Origin: Acidobacteriota bacterium | GTDB lineage: Bacteria > Acidobacteriota > Blastocatellia > RBC074 | Assembly (NCBI GenBank): GCA_016196035.1 | Contig: JACPYM010000070.1 | Location: forward strand, 3,334 to 67,333 | Reading direction: 5' to 3' | Length of the DNA stretch: 64,000 bases | In this document: positions 28,130 through 39,188 of the stretch, piece after piece | Layout of the letters: every line of letters starts with the position of its first letter | Numbering within the stretch: position 1 is the first letter of the stretch | The notes under the pieces: generated by a model | What the model was told of the DNA's origin: nothing | What the model saw: the letters and a program-made list of their open reading frames with translations, nothing else | Database searches by the model: none | Position numbers and translations under genes: made by a program

Positions 28130-29142
28130 TGGTTTGCTTTTGCCAAGTCAAGCATCGTACTCAAACGATCACAATACGTATGCCGACCCGTTGTAATTAA
28201 ACGGTGCGCAACACGCGCCATTCGCTCGCGTTCGGGCTGATGCTCTAACAGCCAGCGCGCTTTTTGTAACATCTCAGGGATCGTCAAAAAATACAGCGTT
28301 GCCTGACCCTCTTCACCAAAAATCTCGCGGTGCTCAGCCGTGTCTTCCGCCAACATACAAGTTCCGATAGCCGGAATTTCAAAACTGCGCATCACGTGGC
28401 CATCGCGATTGGCGCGCCTGACCAAACAAAGCGCAATTTTTGCTGCGGCTGTCGCTCGCCGTATTTCTCCTGGCCCAGCCTGCCCTAACGTCAATTGCCG
28501 GGTTTCCTTGAAACGTTCCCAATAACTGCCGTAAAGCGCAATGCGGATCCCAGTTTGTTGTAGAGCCGCAATATAGGGCACGCGGTCGCTATCCGCTCCG
28601 CCTACAAATATCAACTCTACCGCCTGTTCTTCCTTGTGCGCCTCGGCGGCAGCATAAAAATAGTCCGGGTCGTAGCCAAAAGGCAGATAAGCTACGTTCT
28701 TACAACCAAGCATAAACAGGTCGTTGATATTTGAGCGGCGTGGCGTAAACACCACATCGTAAGACAGCAAGGTTTTCATAAACCACGGTGCATAATGCTC
28801 CTTATTCCAAGGGTCGTCAGTTAGGAAGTTAAATCGTATAACGCCAAGGCTGCCGATTTTATTGAGCGCCTCAGCATTTACTGGAGACAAACCCGTAGTA
28901 ATCAAATAACGAGGCGGCGAACTTACACATACCGCCAAGACCGTCTGGCTGAATTCAAATAATCGTGTCGGTCTCCTCTCGCAAAAATACCAGTTCAGCT
29001 TGCGCAACCAACGTGGGGCTTGATAAGCCTGTCCATGATCGAGAAATTGGTGCGAGTGATCTAGTTGGCTAGCAGCTTTTGACAAGCTCTCGCCAACATT
29101 TGTACCGCCTTTGCCACCGATCAGCAGAAGCTCGCAATTCAA
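28114..29142 (-). CDS. CgeB-family glycosyltransferase (Glyco_trans_1_2-like)
   Basis: IFVGGADSDRVPYIAALQQTGIRIALYGSYW pattern typical of the CgeB/DUF3880 family. TTG start. Confidence 0.5.
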   Translation of the reverse strand: MNCELLLIGGKGGTNVGESLSKAASQLDHSHQFLDHGQAYQAPRWLRKLNWYFCERRPTRLFEFSQTVLAVCVSSPPRYLITTGLSPVNAEALNKIGSLGVIRFNFLTDDPWNKEHYAPWFMKTLLSYDVVFTPRRSNINDLFMLGCKNVAYLPFGYDPDYFYAAAEAHKEEQAVELIFVGGADSDRVPYIAALQQTGIRIALYGSYWERFKETRQLTLGQAGPGEIRRATAAAKIALCLVRRANRDGHVMRSFEIPAIGTCMLAEDTAEHREIFGEEGQATLYFLTIPEMLQKARWLLEHQPERERMARVAHRLITTGRHTYCDRLSTMLDLAKANQCDSR

Positions 29143-29203
29143 CTCGCAGCCTTTTCGCTCTCAAAATAAACTGAGGTCATGCTTGCCGAAAACCTCGCGC
29201 TTG

Positions 29204-30280
29204 TTACCTGGCAAAAGACTTTGCCAGTGAAAACAACCGCTCGCGGCAGCTTTCGAATAACGACACTGGCACCAACAAAGCCATGAGACTTGTCGCCCAA
29301 AATAAGAGCTTTAGCCAAACACGGTACGTCAGCGAAAAACCGATGGCGTGTAAATCGTGCGTTGCTTTGATACCCAGACATACGCCCAGCGCATATTTCC
29401 ACGACTGCACTCGCCGATATTCAACCAACCAGAAGGGATAGGTAAAGCAATAAAGCTGCTGGAATACTTTTTCCAGAACGCTATTGCGCGTGTTACGAGT
29501 GAGCGCAGGTGCTATCGCATCGGAAATCAGCGGCCCAATATAGGCCAGCGGCAGCACACGCGTTTCGATAGGGCATGGCGACAAACGCGCACGTTTAGCG
29601 TAGCTATCAACCGACTCGCCAGGAATTTGTATATCCTTCCTGACCGTGGAAAGCTCTGTGAGTAACAGCGGTTTGCCAGTCGCTACGATGCGCGCCATTA
29701 AATACATCTGGTACATTTCCGAGCCGTCCCACTTATCGGTCACCAGTTTCTGGGCTTCGGCGCGGTCCAGTAACACACCGCCAACAAACGAGACATTGCG
29801 AAAGTGCGCTGCCGCAACGCGCGGGCCGGTGCCGGCAACGCCAGTCATTCTGACACGGCGCGTTACCGTTCCTGTGCGCCAGTCTTCAAAATTCGTAATC
29901 ATCGCACCTGGCGAGCCATATTTTTTTATACAATCAAACAATTGCTGCAAGGTTTCAAGCCCAGCCAATGCGTCATCGTTGCCGTGCAGAATGCAGTACT
30001 GCCCCTGAGCTAACGCGATGCTGGCGCGTAAATTGGTGTCGTAACGCAAATTGTTTTCATGACGCTGGTAAGCAAAAGATAGCTGCGACACTTTTAGGTA
30101 ATTCAATAACTCATTTTCCCGGCCATCCGTTGAACCACCATCTGAAATACAGACTTCGAATTCTCGAAAGGTTTGTACGTCCAGGGATTTGCAAGCCTCA
30201 ATCAGAAACGAAGTCCGGTTGTATTGAGGAATACAGACCGAGAAAATGGGCGTTTCATTCAAACGGCGAATAACAGTCAT
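29204..30280 (-). CDS. Glycosyltransferase family 2
   Basis: FSVCIPQYNRTSFL...CISDGGSTDG...GNDD motifs. I prefer ATG at 30280 (MTVIRRL) over the track's upstream start at 30466. Confidence 0.7.
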   Translation of the reverse strand: MTVIRRLNETPIFSVCIPQYNRTSFLIEACKSLDVQTFREFEVCISDGGSTDGRENELLNYLKVSQLSFAYQRHENNLRYDTNLRASIALAQGQYCILHGNDDALAGLETLQQLFDCIKKYGSPGAMITNFEDWRTGTVTRRVRMTGVAGTGPRVAAAHFRNVSFVGGVLLDRAEAQKLVTDKWDGSEMYQMYLMARIVATGKPLLLTELSTVRKDIQIPGESVDSYAKRARLSPCPIETRVLPLAYIGPLISDAIAPALTRNTRNSVLEKVFQQLYCFTYPFWLVEYRRVQSWKYALGVCLGIKATHDLHAIGFSLTYRVWLKLLFWATSLMALLVPVSLFESCRERLFSLAKSFAR

Positions 30281-30321
30281 AATGACTTGCCAATACTTAG
30301 GGGAAGCAGTATTGAATCGTT

Positions 30322-31242
30322 TTATTCCACCCCACGCGTCCTGCGGCCTCTCAATAAGCACTGCAATAGATTTCCCCTGATAAGAAACGTTGCCTGAATG
30401 CAAGATGCCAAGCGCCGTCCATCTAATTTCAAAACTGAACTTCCTGCTCTTTTTGTAATATACCAAATTCTCTTCAAATGAAATCTGGCAATCGCTTCCA
30501 GGGAGAGGCTCAGAGCATAATCACGAACAACCTCCAGACTCTCTTTAATGTCTCGATTAGTCCGAAATGAGTTTGAAGAAACATTATTATCGCTTTGCCG
30601 GTATAAAATCAGGGTCCGTGGAATGTATTCAATGTCCCATCCGCTCGACAGACACCGTAGAAGCCATTCCCAATCACCCATTTGTGGCATGTTCGCTTTG
30701 AATCCGCCAATCGCCTCGAATGCACGCCTTCTTATTGCGCAGCCTGAGATATGCCACCAACAACCTCGCTCAATGGTATCTTTGACCGAATCTTCTGTTC
30801 CCTTGATAATTTCTATCTCGCGCCACGGGTTATCTTCTCCGTAATCAATACGCCCATCGGGGTGGAAATTATCCCAACTTGAGCAAATCGAAGCTACATT
30901 ATCACCGCAACTTTGCATGCGTTCAAACATCATTGGCAGCCAATTAGGCTTCGCAATATCATCCGAATGGAGCAATAGAATCCAATCTATTTCGGCTGGC
31001 AAATTAACGATCGCATTATTCACATTACCCCTTTCACCTTGATTCTTTTCACTGTGCATTATTCGAAAAGGAGTGTTACCCATCCAAACTTGATTAGCCA
31101 ACGCCATTGTCCCATCTGTTGAAGCATCGTCAGCAAGACAAACTAAGCTCAGTTTGTCACAGCCACCACGCTGCACAGAATTAAGCGTTTCGCTCAAAGT
31201 CAATGCGCTATTATAAGTTGGAATAATAAGTGCTGTTTTCAA
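30322..31242 (-). CDS. Glycosyltransferase family 2
   Basis: ALIIPTYNSALTLSETL...LADDASTDGT...HSDD motifs. TTG start. Confidence 0.8.
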   Translation of the reverse strand: MKTALIIPTYNSALTLSETLNSVQRGGCDKLSLVCLADDASTDGTMALANQVWMGNTPFRIMHSEKNQGERGNVNNAIVNLPAEIDWILLLHSDDIAKPNWLPMMFERMQSCGDNVASICSSWDNFHPDGRIDYGEDNPWREIEIIKGTEDSVKDTIERGCWWHISGCAIRRRAFEAIGGFKANMPQMGDWEWLLRCLSSGWDIEYIPRTLILYRQSDNNVSSNSFRTNRDIKESLEVVRDYALSLSLEAIARFHLKRIWYITKRAGSSVLKLDGRRLASCIQATFLIRGNLLQCLLRGRRTRGVE

Positions 31243-31268
31243 ACTAGGCGATGTACAGAAAAGGCTAA

Positions 31269-32153
31269 TTACATCTCATTGAAATCAATTCGCTTAGCCA
31301 CAGTCATATCCCCAACCGTAGAAAATGTAAAATCACCGAACTCAAGGGCGCTATAGAAGACTCGCTCACAAGTCTCATCATGCAATTCAATAACAAAGGA
31401 TTTAACGTTTTTTATCCAACCCTGGTAGTTTGAGGAAAACACAATCGCCTCAGATCGCTCAATATCCAGTTTAAGTATATCAAGCGGCTTACCTTTCCAA
31501 TTCGCATTTTCCAGTATCACTCCTATATCAACCGCTCTTACATCGGGAGCCTCTCCATTGCGACACTCACGCACTTGAGTGCTCCATTCTTTTCCATCCT
31601 TGTAGGAGCCACGACATACTATAAGTCCTGTCTCATGAGACCAAATACCTGCATTAATTAGAGTAACTCGATCTTTGTATGCGGCAAGGTTACGCTCCAG
31701 AATTGCAAAATTACCGCTGTCCGGCTCGACTGCAATAACATGTGCTAACGGAAATCGAGATAAAAAATACGCTGACGAATATCCTACATTGGCGCCTCCA
31801 TCAATTATCAACCGTGGCTGAGCCTGATCACTAATACATGAGTATTCTTCGTGAATAAATATGTGCTTAAAGACCTCTCTATCACTCGAATCGAAGCGGC
31901 AGAATAACGGGTAATCACACAACTTGGTATAAAGCCGGTAAACCGCTCGCGGTTTATACCCTAATGAGGCAATGATCTGCCAAAACCTTTCTTTTAGTAA
32001 GAAAGCGAGAGCGCCCCAAATACCGAGTCTACTGGCTCTTGCTTGATAATCACATAATCGGGAGCTAACTTTAACAAGCCCGCCTTCTCTCCAAACGGCT
32101 AAGACTCTTTGATAGAGTGGCCAGGTATGTCGCCCTTTTGACTCCATAATCAA
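31269..32153 (-). CDS. FkbM-family SAM-dependent methyltransferase
   Basis: IIDGGANVGYSS and ILKLDIERSE motifs. Confidence 0.8.
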   Translation of the reverse strand: MIMESKGRHTWPLYQRVLAVWREGGLVKVSSRLCDYQARASRLGIWGALAFLLKERFWQIIASLGYKPRAVYRLYTKLCDYPLFCRFDSSDREVFKHIFIHEEYSCISDQAQPRLIIDGGANVGYSSAYFLSRFPLAHVIAVEPDSGNFAILERNLAAYKDRVTLINAGIWSHETGLIVCRGSYKDGKEWSTQVRECRNGEAPDVRAVDIGVILENANWKGKPLDILKLDIERSEAIVFSSNYQGWIKNVKSFVIELHDETCERVFYSALEFGDFTFSTVGDMTVAKRIDFNEM

Positions 32154-32180
32154 CTCTACATTTACTCGAACGGTGATGTT

Positions 32181-33308
32181 TTAAGTCAATTCTTGAATTA
32201 CTGGTACAAACTGCTTCTCATAGCCCCACTCCACCATAATCCGTTGCCGTCCGCATTCCCCCATTGCACGCATCTCTGCCGGATTTTCGCAGAACCAGCG
32301 TAGCGTTGCAGCAATGGAAGCCGCGTTCGTTGGATCGCACGCCAAGCCGTAGCCATTCGCCACAAACATCTCACGCCAGTCAGGCAGTTCGCTCACGATT
32401 AACGCCAAGCCACTAGCCAAGTAATCGAATGGTTTGTTGGAGGCCCCCGTCATAGCTTGCAGATTCAAATCGTTGCTGCCAGAGGGCATAAAAGCCAACC
32501 CAATGTCGCACTGCCGGCACAGCGTCAATAATTTGTACCGAGGTATGGCGTCAACGAATTCAACACGTGCCGCAATACCCAAGCGTACAACCAACTCTTT
32601 TAACTCATTTACATAACCTAAATGCCCGACCGTTTCATACCCTACTACACGTAACTTTACGGTATCCGGCAATTGCGCTAGCGCCTCAATCACAGTTGGC
32701 GGTAAGCGATCAGGCACAATCGAGCCGTGATAAAGCACCCAAAAATCACCTTGGTGCGGCGAGCGAGGCGGAGCAATTTCTTCCTGGCGCGGGCAGTTCC
32801 AAACGCACAATAAGTTGCTGTTGGTCTGGGTTGCTTCCCTGAATTTTTCCAGCCGTCTTTGATTCGGTAGGATGCAAAGACGTGCGCGACCAGCCAGACG
32901 GCGCCTGACATCCATGCAGAGGTGTAGGAAAAAGCTTTCTTGCGTTGTTACAGGCGAATCGTGTTCGTGATAAACCACACTGAGGCCGGGCAGGAAACTC
33001 AATACTAGCGCTACCGGCGTGGACAAATGATCCGAAGCGTAAATCCATTGCGGGCGCCAGCGTATTACCCAGAGTAACACCCAACAAGCGAAACATAGGT
33101 AATGTAATTTTTGCCGCCAGCCCGCCGGACTGAACGACATCTGGCGAACCTGGATTCGTTCGTGCGGGGGGAAGCGCAATTCATTTGCGCCCAGAGACCC
33201 GGTTCCTAAAAACAAAACCTGCCAGCCATCATTGGCCAAAATTCTTGAGCTATGTTCGAGCGGTGGATAACCTGCCGGGTTGGTGTATTGCAGATACAAG
33301 ATTTTCAC
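32181..33308 (-). CDS. Glycosyltransferase family 4
   Basis: GT-B fold with N-terminus MKILYLQYTNPAGYPPL. GTG start. Confidence 0.75.
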   Translation of the reverse strand: MKILYLQYTNPAGYPPLEHSSRILANDGWQVLFLGTGSLGANELRFPPHERIQVRQMSFSPAGWRQKLHYLCFACWVLLWVIRWRPQWIYASDHLSTPVALVLSFLPGLSVVYHEHDSPVTTQESFFLHLCMDVRRRLAGRARLCILPNQRRLEKFREATQTNSNLLCVWNCPRQEEIAPPRSPHQGDFWVLYHGSIVPDRLPPTVIEALAQLPDTVKLRVVGYETVGHLGYVNELKELVVRLGIAARVEFVDAIPRYKLLTLCRQCDIGLAFMPSGSNDLNLQAMTGASNKPFDYLASGLALIVSELPDWREMFVANGYGLACDPTNAASIAATLRWFCENPAEMRAMGECGRQRIMVEWGYEKQFVPVIQELT

Positions 33309-33378
33309 ATCAACCTCAATATCGTGATTCTTAGCAAGTGACTTTGCGTCTCGACTCAGCGGTAATCAACCAAGCAAC

Positions 33379-34191
33379 TCACTGACAACTCACTTCTAAA
33401 TGACCGAGCATCTGCAATTCTGATTCACGCCCTGCTAAATGATAGACGTGTTGTCCGTTTAGCATAGATAAACAATAGCCTGCTTGTCTGATTTGTTTAT
33501 CAATGTGTGAACATGCTTCTTGGCCGATGATGGTTGGATGATATTCGAGCGCAATATATTCAATAACTTGCCGTTGCAGCGTCTGTTGTGCGCCCTCAAC
33601 AATTTGCAGTTCCGCGCCTTCACAATCCATTTTCAATAGCCGCACCTTGTTAATCTTGTGCTGCTGAAAAAGATCATCGAGCGTCTGCATGGCCACCGTT
33701 TCTCGCTTTGAACCTAGCTTCCAATGACGTGAAAGGCTACTGGCACCCGTATTCGTTGATGGGCGCAAGAAAAGCTGTGCTTCACCTTTGCGCGAGCCAA
33801 GTGCTATTGGATGGACAGAAATGTTTGTCACAGCATTGAGTTCAATATTCTTCTTGAGCACATGCTGTAATCGGGTTTGCGGCTCGATGCAAAAGACTTT
33901 GCCAGCTCCAACCAAAGTGGCAGCGAGTATCGAGAAATATCCCTCGTTCCCGCCTATATCAAAAAAATTATCACCAGGCCGTAACAAGCCCGTTAGCAGA
34001 TTAGTCATTTGCTGTTCGTATACAGATTTCGCTAGAAGCTCATTGCCAAAGACTGAAACGGGGTCGGCCCAATAAATATGACCCAAATTCGTTTTGATGG
34101 GGATACGTCGAATCATCAATAATGTTTTGAGGAATGCCCCAAGCTGAGCAGGGCGAACACGCAGTAAGAGGTTATAGAGAGATAATTTCAT
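33379..34191 (-). CDS. FkbM-family SAM-dependent methyltransferase
   Basis: FFDIGGNEGYFS and LKMDCEGAELQIVEGA motifs. Confidence 0.8.
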   Translation of the reverse strand: MKLSLYNLLLRVRPAQLGAFLKTLLMIRRIPIKTNLGHIYWADPVSVFGNELLAKSVYEQQMTNLLTGLLRPGDNFFDIGGNEGYFSILAATLVGAGKVFCIEPQTRLQHVLKKNIELNAVTNISVHPIALGSRKGEAQLFLRPSTNTGASSLSRHWKLGSKRETVAMQTLDDLFQQHKINKVRLLKMDCEGAELQIVEGAQQTLQRQVIEYIALEYHPTIIGQEACSHIDKQIRQAGYCLSMLNGQHVYHLAGRESELQMLGHLEVSCQ

Positions 34192-34269
34192 ATGTTGATT
34201 ATCTTTGTGTTGCCGGCTACCGCACTAAATACCGATGAATACTCAGTACCTCAGAACAATTCATTTGCT

Positions 34270-35085
34270 TTAGTTGCTATAAGTAGCTTTGGCAATAACT
34301 TCACCATACCAATCAATAAAGCTGACCTTTTCTCCGTTAATCTTCTCGACATCGTATCCGTGTTCAGCCAATACACCCAGTAGCGAATCGCTTGTCGTCC
34401 CTGCTTCTGACCAGGCATACGGGTGAACTTCAATGTAAATTACCCGTGGCCTGCGTTGTGCGTCGCTCAGCAATCCAGCGGCACCCCGCAGAACGTGTTC
34501 TTCGTAGCCTTCAACGTCAATTTTCAACACGTCCAGGCGCTGCTTTGGGAAAAGGCCGTCGAGCGTGACGCAAGTTACTGAAGAAGTGGTGGAGGTGGCG
34601 CTTTCGGTCACGTGTCCCGTGATCCCCTGGGCATCAAAATAGACCATCCCGTCAATGGCCCCGGCAGCAGCCTTAACGCACTGCACTCGATTGTCCAAAT
34701 GGTTCAAGGAAACATGCTTTTGCAAAGCCAAGTGATTTATTGGGTCCGGCTCAAACGCCGTTACTTGTCCACGTGCCCCAACACGTTGGGCGATAGCGAT
34801 TGTGTAAAGACCGATAAATGCCCCAACATCCGCCACACGATCACCAGGCTTGATTTCACTCATTAACCGTTGCCAAACATCTGGCTCGTATACCTCACCC
34901 ATTTGCCGAAAGCGCGGTAAAATGAGAATCCGATCCGATTCGTTAATTATCCTTTGCAGCCCATTCTTATTTGTTAGTGACACTGCCCAGTCATAAAGAG
35001 GGCGCACTCCATCCCAAAGCCAGTGCGCCCGCTCGAAAAGCTTGTGGTGGCGCACTGAGAGAAGGATTTTTTCAGCTACGTGCAT
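34270..35085 (-). CDS. FkbM-family SAM-dependent methyltransferase
   Basis: VADVGAFIGLYT and LKIDVEGYEEHVLRGA motifs. Confidence 0.8.
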   Translation of the reverse strand: MHVAEKILLSVRHHKLFERAHWLWDGVRPLYDWAVSLTNKNGLQRIINESDRILILPRFRQMGEVYEPDVWQRLMSEIKPGDRVADVGAFIGLYTIAIAQRVGARGQVTAFEPDPINHLALQKHVSLNHLDNRVQCVKAAAGAIDGMVYFDAQGITGHVTESATSTTSSVTCVTLDGLFPKQRLDVLKIDVEGYEEHVLRGAAGLLSDAQRRPRVIYIEVHPYAWSEAGTTSDSLLGVLAEHGYDVEKINGEKVSFIDWYGEVIAKATYSN

Positions 35086-36455
35086 AAATGAACTTGGTCT
35101 GCCTGCTTATTTTCATCTGCTGATAATCTGCAAGGTATCTGCAAAGGTACAAGTCGCTGATATAAAAGTAACATCTCTTGCGCCACTGCCTTGGTCAACC
35201 GTGGCGGTCGAATCCCTTGCCGAAGCGCAGCTAACAAATCAGGTTGTTCGTAACATTGTTGCAATAAAGTGGCCCAGGAGTTGACTGAATCTGCTTCGGC
35301 CAACAACCCATTTATACCATGCGTTACCAACTCCTCGATCCCACCCAAACGCGAACCAAGCACAGGCGTACCTGCCGCAAAAGCCTCAAGCACAACCAAT
35401 GGGCCAGTCTCTAACACACGTGAGGGCACAGCAAGCAGGTGATACTCACTTAAAAGCGTAACCACATGCTGACTCGGTACCGCAGGAAGAAAGCGAATCC
35501 GGGCATCACCGGCAGCGAGTTGGCGCAACTGCTCGGCATAATGGTCTGCGCCTGTTTGCAGAATTCCATAAAGATCAAGCTCAAGCTCCAAGCCTGGCAA
35601 AGATCGCACGGCCTGGATCAGCAAATCCACGCCTTTTGTATGATCGAACCTGCCTAAAAAAACGATGCGTAAGGGATGTGCAGGAAGATTCTTATTAAGA
35701 GCAGGGAGAGATTCGTTGTTGGACAAGCCATGACGCGAGACAGCGATTTTTTCAGCAGGCACACCATTGCGCAATAACAAATCTTTTGTCCATTGGCATA
35801 AGGCAATGACTTGGTTTACTTCGCGCATCAGCGAGTGAAAGCAGGAGTGCCGCAATTGTACTAAGCCTGGCATCCGCAGGGCAGTCCAGATTCCGCCTGA
35901 CAACCCTGTGGCCCCGACCAAATTACCCAGCGCGCGCGGCAGATAACTCAAGGCTTGCGCAGTGTTACGCCCCAAGCCATGCGCGTGCAAAGTGCAAGCC
36001 GTGCATGTACGCACGCTTAATTTGCCATCACAGACTTCATTACCCCAGCGCAGCAACGTTCCGCGCTGACAGGAAACCGTAGGCGTATGATAGGTGAACG
36101 CCACTTTGATGTTACGCAGCTTGGCGGCACGCACGAGACGTAACGAAACACCACGTGTGAAGGCGTGCAAATGAACGATGTCTGGCTGTTCCTGATCAAG
36201 AATCTCGGCAAAGGACTGCGCCGCCCGTTCATCGCCCTCGCCATACATCTCACGCAAGTCTTTTACGTAACTGGTTACCGCAAAGCGGCGCACCGGCAAA
36301 CCAGCAATTTCGTATGCCTCGCTCTTTTCACCTGGCGCGGCAACGAGCGATGGCGCACCAAGTTGGACAAGCTCGCGCGCCAGAGACTCAACATAGATTT
36401 CTGTGCCGCCCACTTGGTCAGGGTAAAAACAAAATGGGACGTGAATGATTTTCAA
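35076..36455 (-). CDS. Glycosyltransferase family 4
   Basis: MKIIHVPFCFYPDQVGGTEIYVESLARELV N-terminus. TTG start. Confidence 0.8.
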   Translation of the reverse strand: MKIIHVPFCFYPDQVGGTEIYVESLARELVQLGAPSLVAAPGEKSEAYEIAGLPVRRFAVTSYVKDLREMYGEGDERAAQSFAEILDQEQPDIVHLHAFTRGVSLRLVRAAKLRNIKVAFTYHTPTVSCQRGTLLRWGNEVCDGKLSVRTCTACTLHAHGLGRNTAQALSYLPRALGNLVGATGLSGGIWTALRMPGLVQLRHSCFHSLMREVNQVIALCQWTKDLLLRNGVPAEKIAVSRHGLSNNESLPALNKNLPAHPLRIVFLGRFDHTKGVDLLIQAVRSLPGLELELDLYGILQTGADHYAEQLRQLAAGDARIRFLPAVPSQHVVTLLSEYHLLAVPSRVLETGPLVVLEAFAAGTPVLGSRLGGIEELVTHGINGLLAEADSVNSWATLLQQCYEQPDLLAALRQGIRPPRLTKAVAQEMLLLYQRLVPLQIPCRLSADENKQADQVHLCT

Positions 36456-36458
36456 AAA

Positions 36459-37493
36459 TTACAGCCAGTTGCTCATTAATGGCGTCAGCACAGTTTTGAT
36501 ATGCATTTTGATGGATTCGTATAGACGACGACCAATGATTGTTCCCAAAAATTGCCGCAAAATTGGCGGCCGCATTGCGTAAGCGGGTCTATATTGCAAC
36601 GCGTGCCAAAAACAGCGGCGGGCATCTGCGTCATATTGGCAGCCAAAATACTTCGTTGCCATGTCGAGATATTGCGAGCCATAGATTCGCCGTCTGGCCT
36701 GCTGCTTTTTGCTTTCGAGTGGCAAAAATTTTTCAGGCGTGCCGTATATGTGATCGAGTAACCAGAAAATTGAAGGTTCTTCGCTTTTATTAACGACTAC
36801 TTTATGGTGATGGTTTTGGCTGTGTACCCGGTAATCGGCCAGCACTTGATCAATGTAATAAAAGTCGTACTCACGCGCCATTTTCAAGGTGAAGTACCAG
36901 TCGTTAAAGGCCAGCCATTCGGGAGCGGGCAACGCGTTTAACCAGGCTTCGGCACGCGCCATTACTGTGGGCGCGCAAATAAAATTCTTTTCCAGCAGCG
37001 TAATTAACTCATTGCCTTTGACATCCTTGCCGCCGTGAATTTGATCACATCGTTCAATCGTTATAACACCTTCACCGTTTATGACAGCGGCATCACCATA
37101 AACCATCCCAACCTCGGGGAACTGGGCGAATTTCGGCATAACCAGCGAGAGATAATTCAGGCGATAACGATCATCGGGGTCTATGCGCGCGATAAACTCT
37201 CCGCGCGCCTCAGCCAGTCCTTTATTGATTGTTTTGGCGTGGCCGAGGTTGACTTCATTGGCCAGGAAGCGAATACGCTGATCAGTGTATGAGCGAACAA
37301 CTTCGATGGTGTTATCGGTCGAAGCGTCATCAATAACGATGATTTCATAATCGAAATTACCTTCCTGCTTAAGAATACTATTCAGGCAATCAGGCAAATA
37401 ACGCGCGTAATTATAACAGGGAACAACAAAGCTGATTTGCGGTGAGTTATTCACAGGCATGACGTTTAACGATGCGTGCGGGGATTCCGACAA
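36459..37493 (-). CDS. Glycosyltransferase family 2
   Basis: ISFVVPCYNYARYLPDCLNSILKQ...IIVIDDASTDNT motifs. The start may instead be ATG at 37460. Confidence 0.75.
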   Translation of the reverse strand: MSESPHASLNVMPVNNSPQISFVVPCYNYARYLPDCLNSILKQEGNFDYEIIVIDDASTDNTIEVVRSYTDQRIRFLANEVNLGHAKTINKGLAEARGEFIARIDPDDRYRLNYLSLVMPKFAQFPEVGMVYGDAAVINGEGVITIERCDQIHGGKDVKGNELITLLEKNFICAPTVMARAEAWLNALPAPEWLAFNDWYFTLKMAREYDFYYIDQVLADYRVHSQNHHHKVVVNKSEEPSIFWLLDHIYGTPEKFLPLESKKQQARRRIYGSQYLDMATKYFGCQYDADARRCFWHALQYRPAYAMRPPILRQFLGTIIGRRLYESIKMHIKTVLTPLMSNWL

Positions 37494-38097
37494 CAGTCAC
37501 ATCTGGGGGAATGTCATCAATGACGACAGCGCCTGCACCCACGACAGAACGTTCACCAATACACCGTTTTTCAATCACGGTAACGGCTGCTCCAATAGAG
37601 CAGCCGTTACCCAACTGGACGCCTCCGCAGAGAGTAGCTCCGGGGTTGAGATTGCAGTAATCCCCGATCAGGCAATCGTGCGCAACACTAGCCTTCACAT
37701 TCAAAATGCTGTGGCGTCCGATCCGCGCCCGCGTGGTCACAAGACTGCCCGGGGCTAAAAGAGTACCTTCACCGATCTCTACACCCACGCCCACCCAGGC
37801 GGATGTATGATGTAAAGTCACGGCCTGCAAGCTGGGCAACGCCAGCTCTTCGATCTGGCAAACAATTTTCTGCCGCAGTGGATTGCTGCCCAAAGCCGTA
37901 ATGTACCCCACCCTCCCATACTTGCGAACCAACTCAGGCAAGGCATTTATTCCACCAAGTATGTGGGAGCAGTGCCAAGGCCCCGGAGGTTTTCCATCAT
38001 CCAGCACACCCAGTAGCTGGCAGCCGAGGTCAAGCGCATACGCCGCTACTTCCGCACCGTGGCCACCGGCGCCAATAATAACAAGAGGGAAATCCAT
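37447..38097 (-). CDS. NeuD/PglD-family sugar N-/O-acetyltransferase (hexapeptide-repeat)
   Basis: N-terminus MDFPLVIIGAGGHGAEVAAYALDLG, followed by a left-handed beta-helix hexapeptide region. Confidence 0.8.
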   Translation of the reverse strand: MDFPLVIIGAGGHGAEVAAYALDLGCQLLGVLDDGKPPGPWHCSHILGGINALPELVRKYGRVGYITALGSNPLRQKIVCQIEELALPSLQAVTLHHTSAWVGVGVEIGEGTLLAPGSLVTTRARIGRHSILNVKASVAHDCLIGDYCNLNPGATLCGGVQLGNGCSIGAAVTVIEKRCIGERSVVGAGAVVIDDIPPDVTVVGIPARIVKRHACE

Positions 38098-38103
38098 GCC
38101 TTT

Positions 38104-39144
38104 TTATTTGCGCGCCGTAGCCATCATTTCCAACATGCCGATGAGACTGCGATGGTCACGATTGCCCAGTTCGGATAGCTCTTTCATCCACTTGGCATTC
38201 CGATAATAGACTGACTCGGGGTCGGCAATGCGGCCCGTGACAATGGCCTCGATGATCTCCTCTGCCCCAGTCTGCACTTTCACGGTGGGCGCAATGCCTT
38301 CATCCTTCATGCGTGCAACAGAGACGTGATAATTGCGCAAATCCGGATTGTCGAGTTTCACAAACACGGGCCGGCAGGCCGGATTGATGCGCTGAAAAAT
38401 CTCCACCAAATCCACGACGCGAAAGTTCTCGTGCGCGATGTTACAAATGAGATGTTTGTGCGCCGGATTTTCTGCGAAATAGATGAATGCGCGGGCACAA
38501 TCCGCCACGTGCAAGAAAGGTCGCCATTGCTGTCCATCGCCAAACACGCGCACCTCGTTGTACAGCGCGGAGCAATAACTGAAGATGTTAATCACCAGAT
38601 CGAACCTCATGCGTGGCGAGTAACCGTACAGCGTGCCGTTGCGCAGAATGGCCGGACGCCACTTTTCATCAGCGATACTGAGTAGGAACTGATCCGAATC
38701 AACCTTCGATTTCGCATAAGCCGTCAGCGGATTCGTCTGCCCATCCTCATCCACTTCGCCGGGAGCCTCACCATAGACTGAGCAGGAAGATGAGAACACA
38801 AAACGGATGCCACGCTTCTTGCAGGCCAACGCCAGATCGCGAGTGGCCTCGAAATTGACCTCCTCGGTAAGCCTTGGGTTCAACTCCGCGCTCGGATCAT
38901 TCGAGATTGCCGCGAGATGAATGACCACCTCAATGTCCTTCAACAACAACTCTGTGGCTTTCGCGTCTGCCAGCAAGGTGCATATATCATCGCGTACAAC
39001 CTCTACGGCGGGGCGCATGGCACGGAGGTGCTCCATGCCAAAGTAGCCGATGTCCAACGAACGGACACTGTGCCCACGCACGAGTAGTTTGGGAATCAAA
39101 ACGGAGCCAAGATAGCCTGCGCCGCCGGTTACGAGGATATTCAT
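38104..39144 (-). CDS. NAD-dependent epimerase/dehydratase (extended SDR)
   Basis: MNILVTGGAGYLGS Rossmann motif, 346 aa. Confidence 0.85.
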   Translation of the reverse strand: MNILVTGGAGYLGSVLIPKLLVRGHSVRSLDIGYFGMEHLRAMRPAVEVVRDDICTLLADAKATELLLKDIEVVIHLAAISNDPSAELNPRLTEEVNFEATRDLALACKKRGIRFVFSSSCSVYGEAPGEVDEDGQTNPLTAYAKSKVDSDQFLLSIADEKWRPAILRNGTLYGYSPRMRFDLVINIFSYCSALYNEVRVFGDGQQWRPFLHVADCARAFIYFAENPAHKHLICNIAHENFRVVDLVEIFQRINPACRPVFVKLDNPDLRNYHVSVARMKDEGIAPTVKVQTGAEEIIEAIVTGRIADPESVYYRNAKWMKELSELGNRDHRSLIGMLEMMATARK

Positions 39145-39188
39145 ACTGAAAGCTCAGGGTAACAGTAAAATGTAAGGCTGAGGTTTCT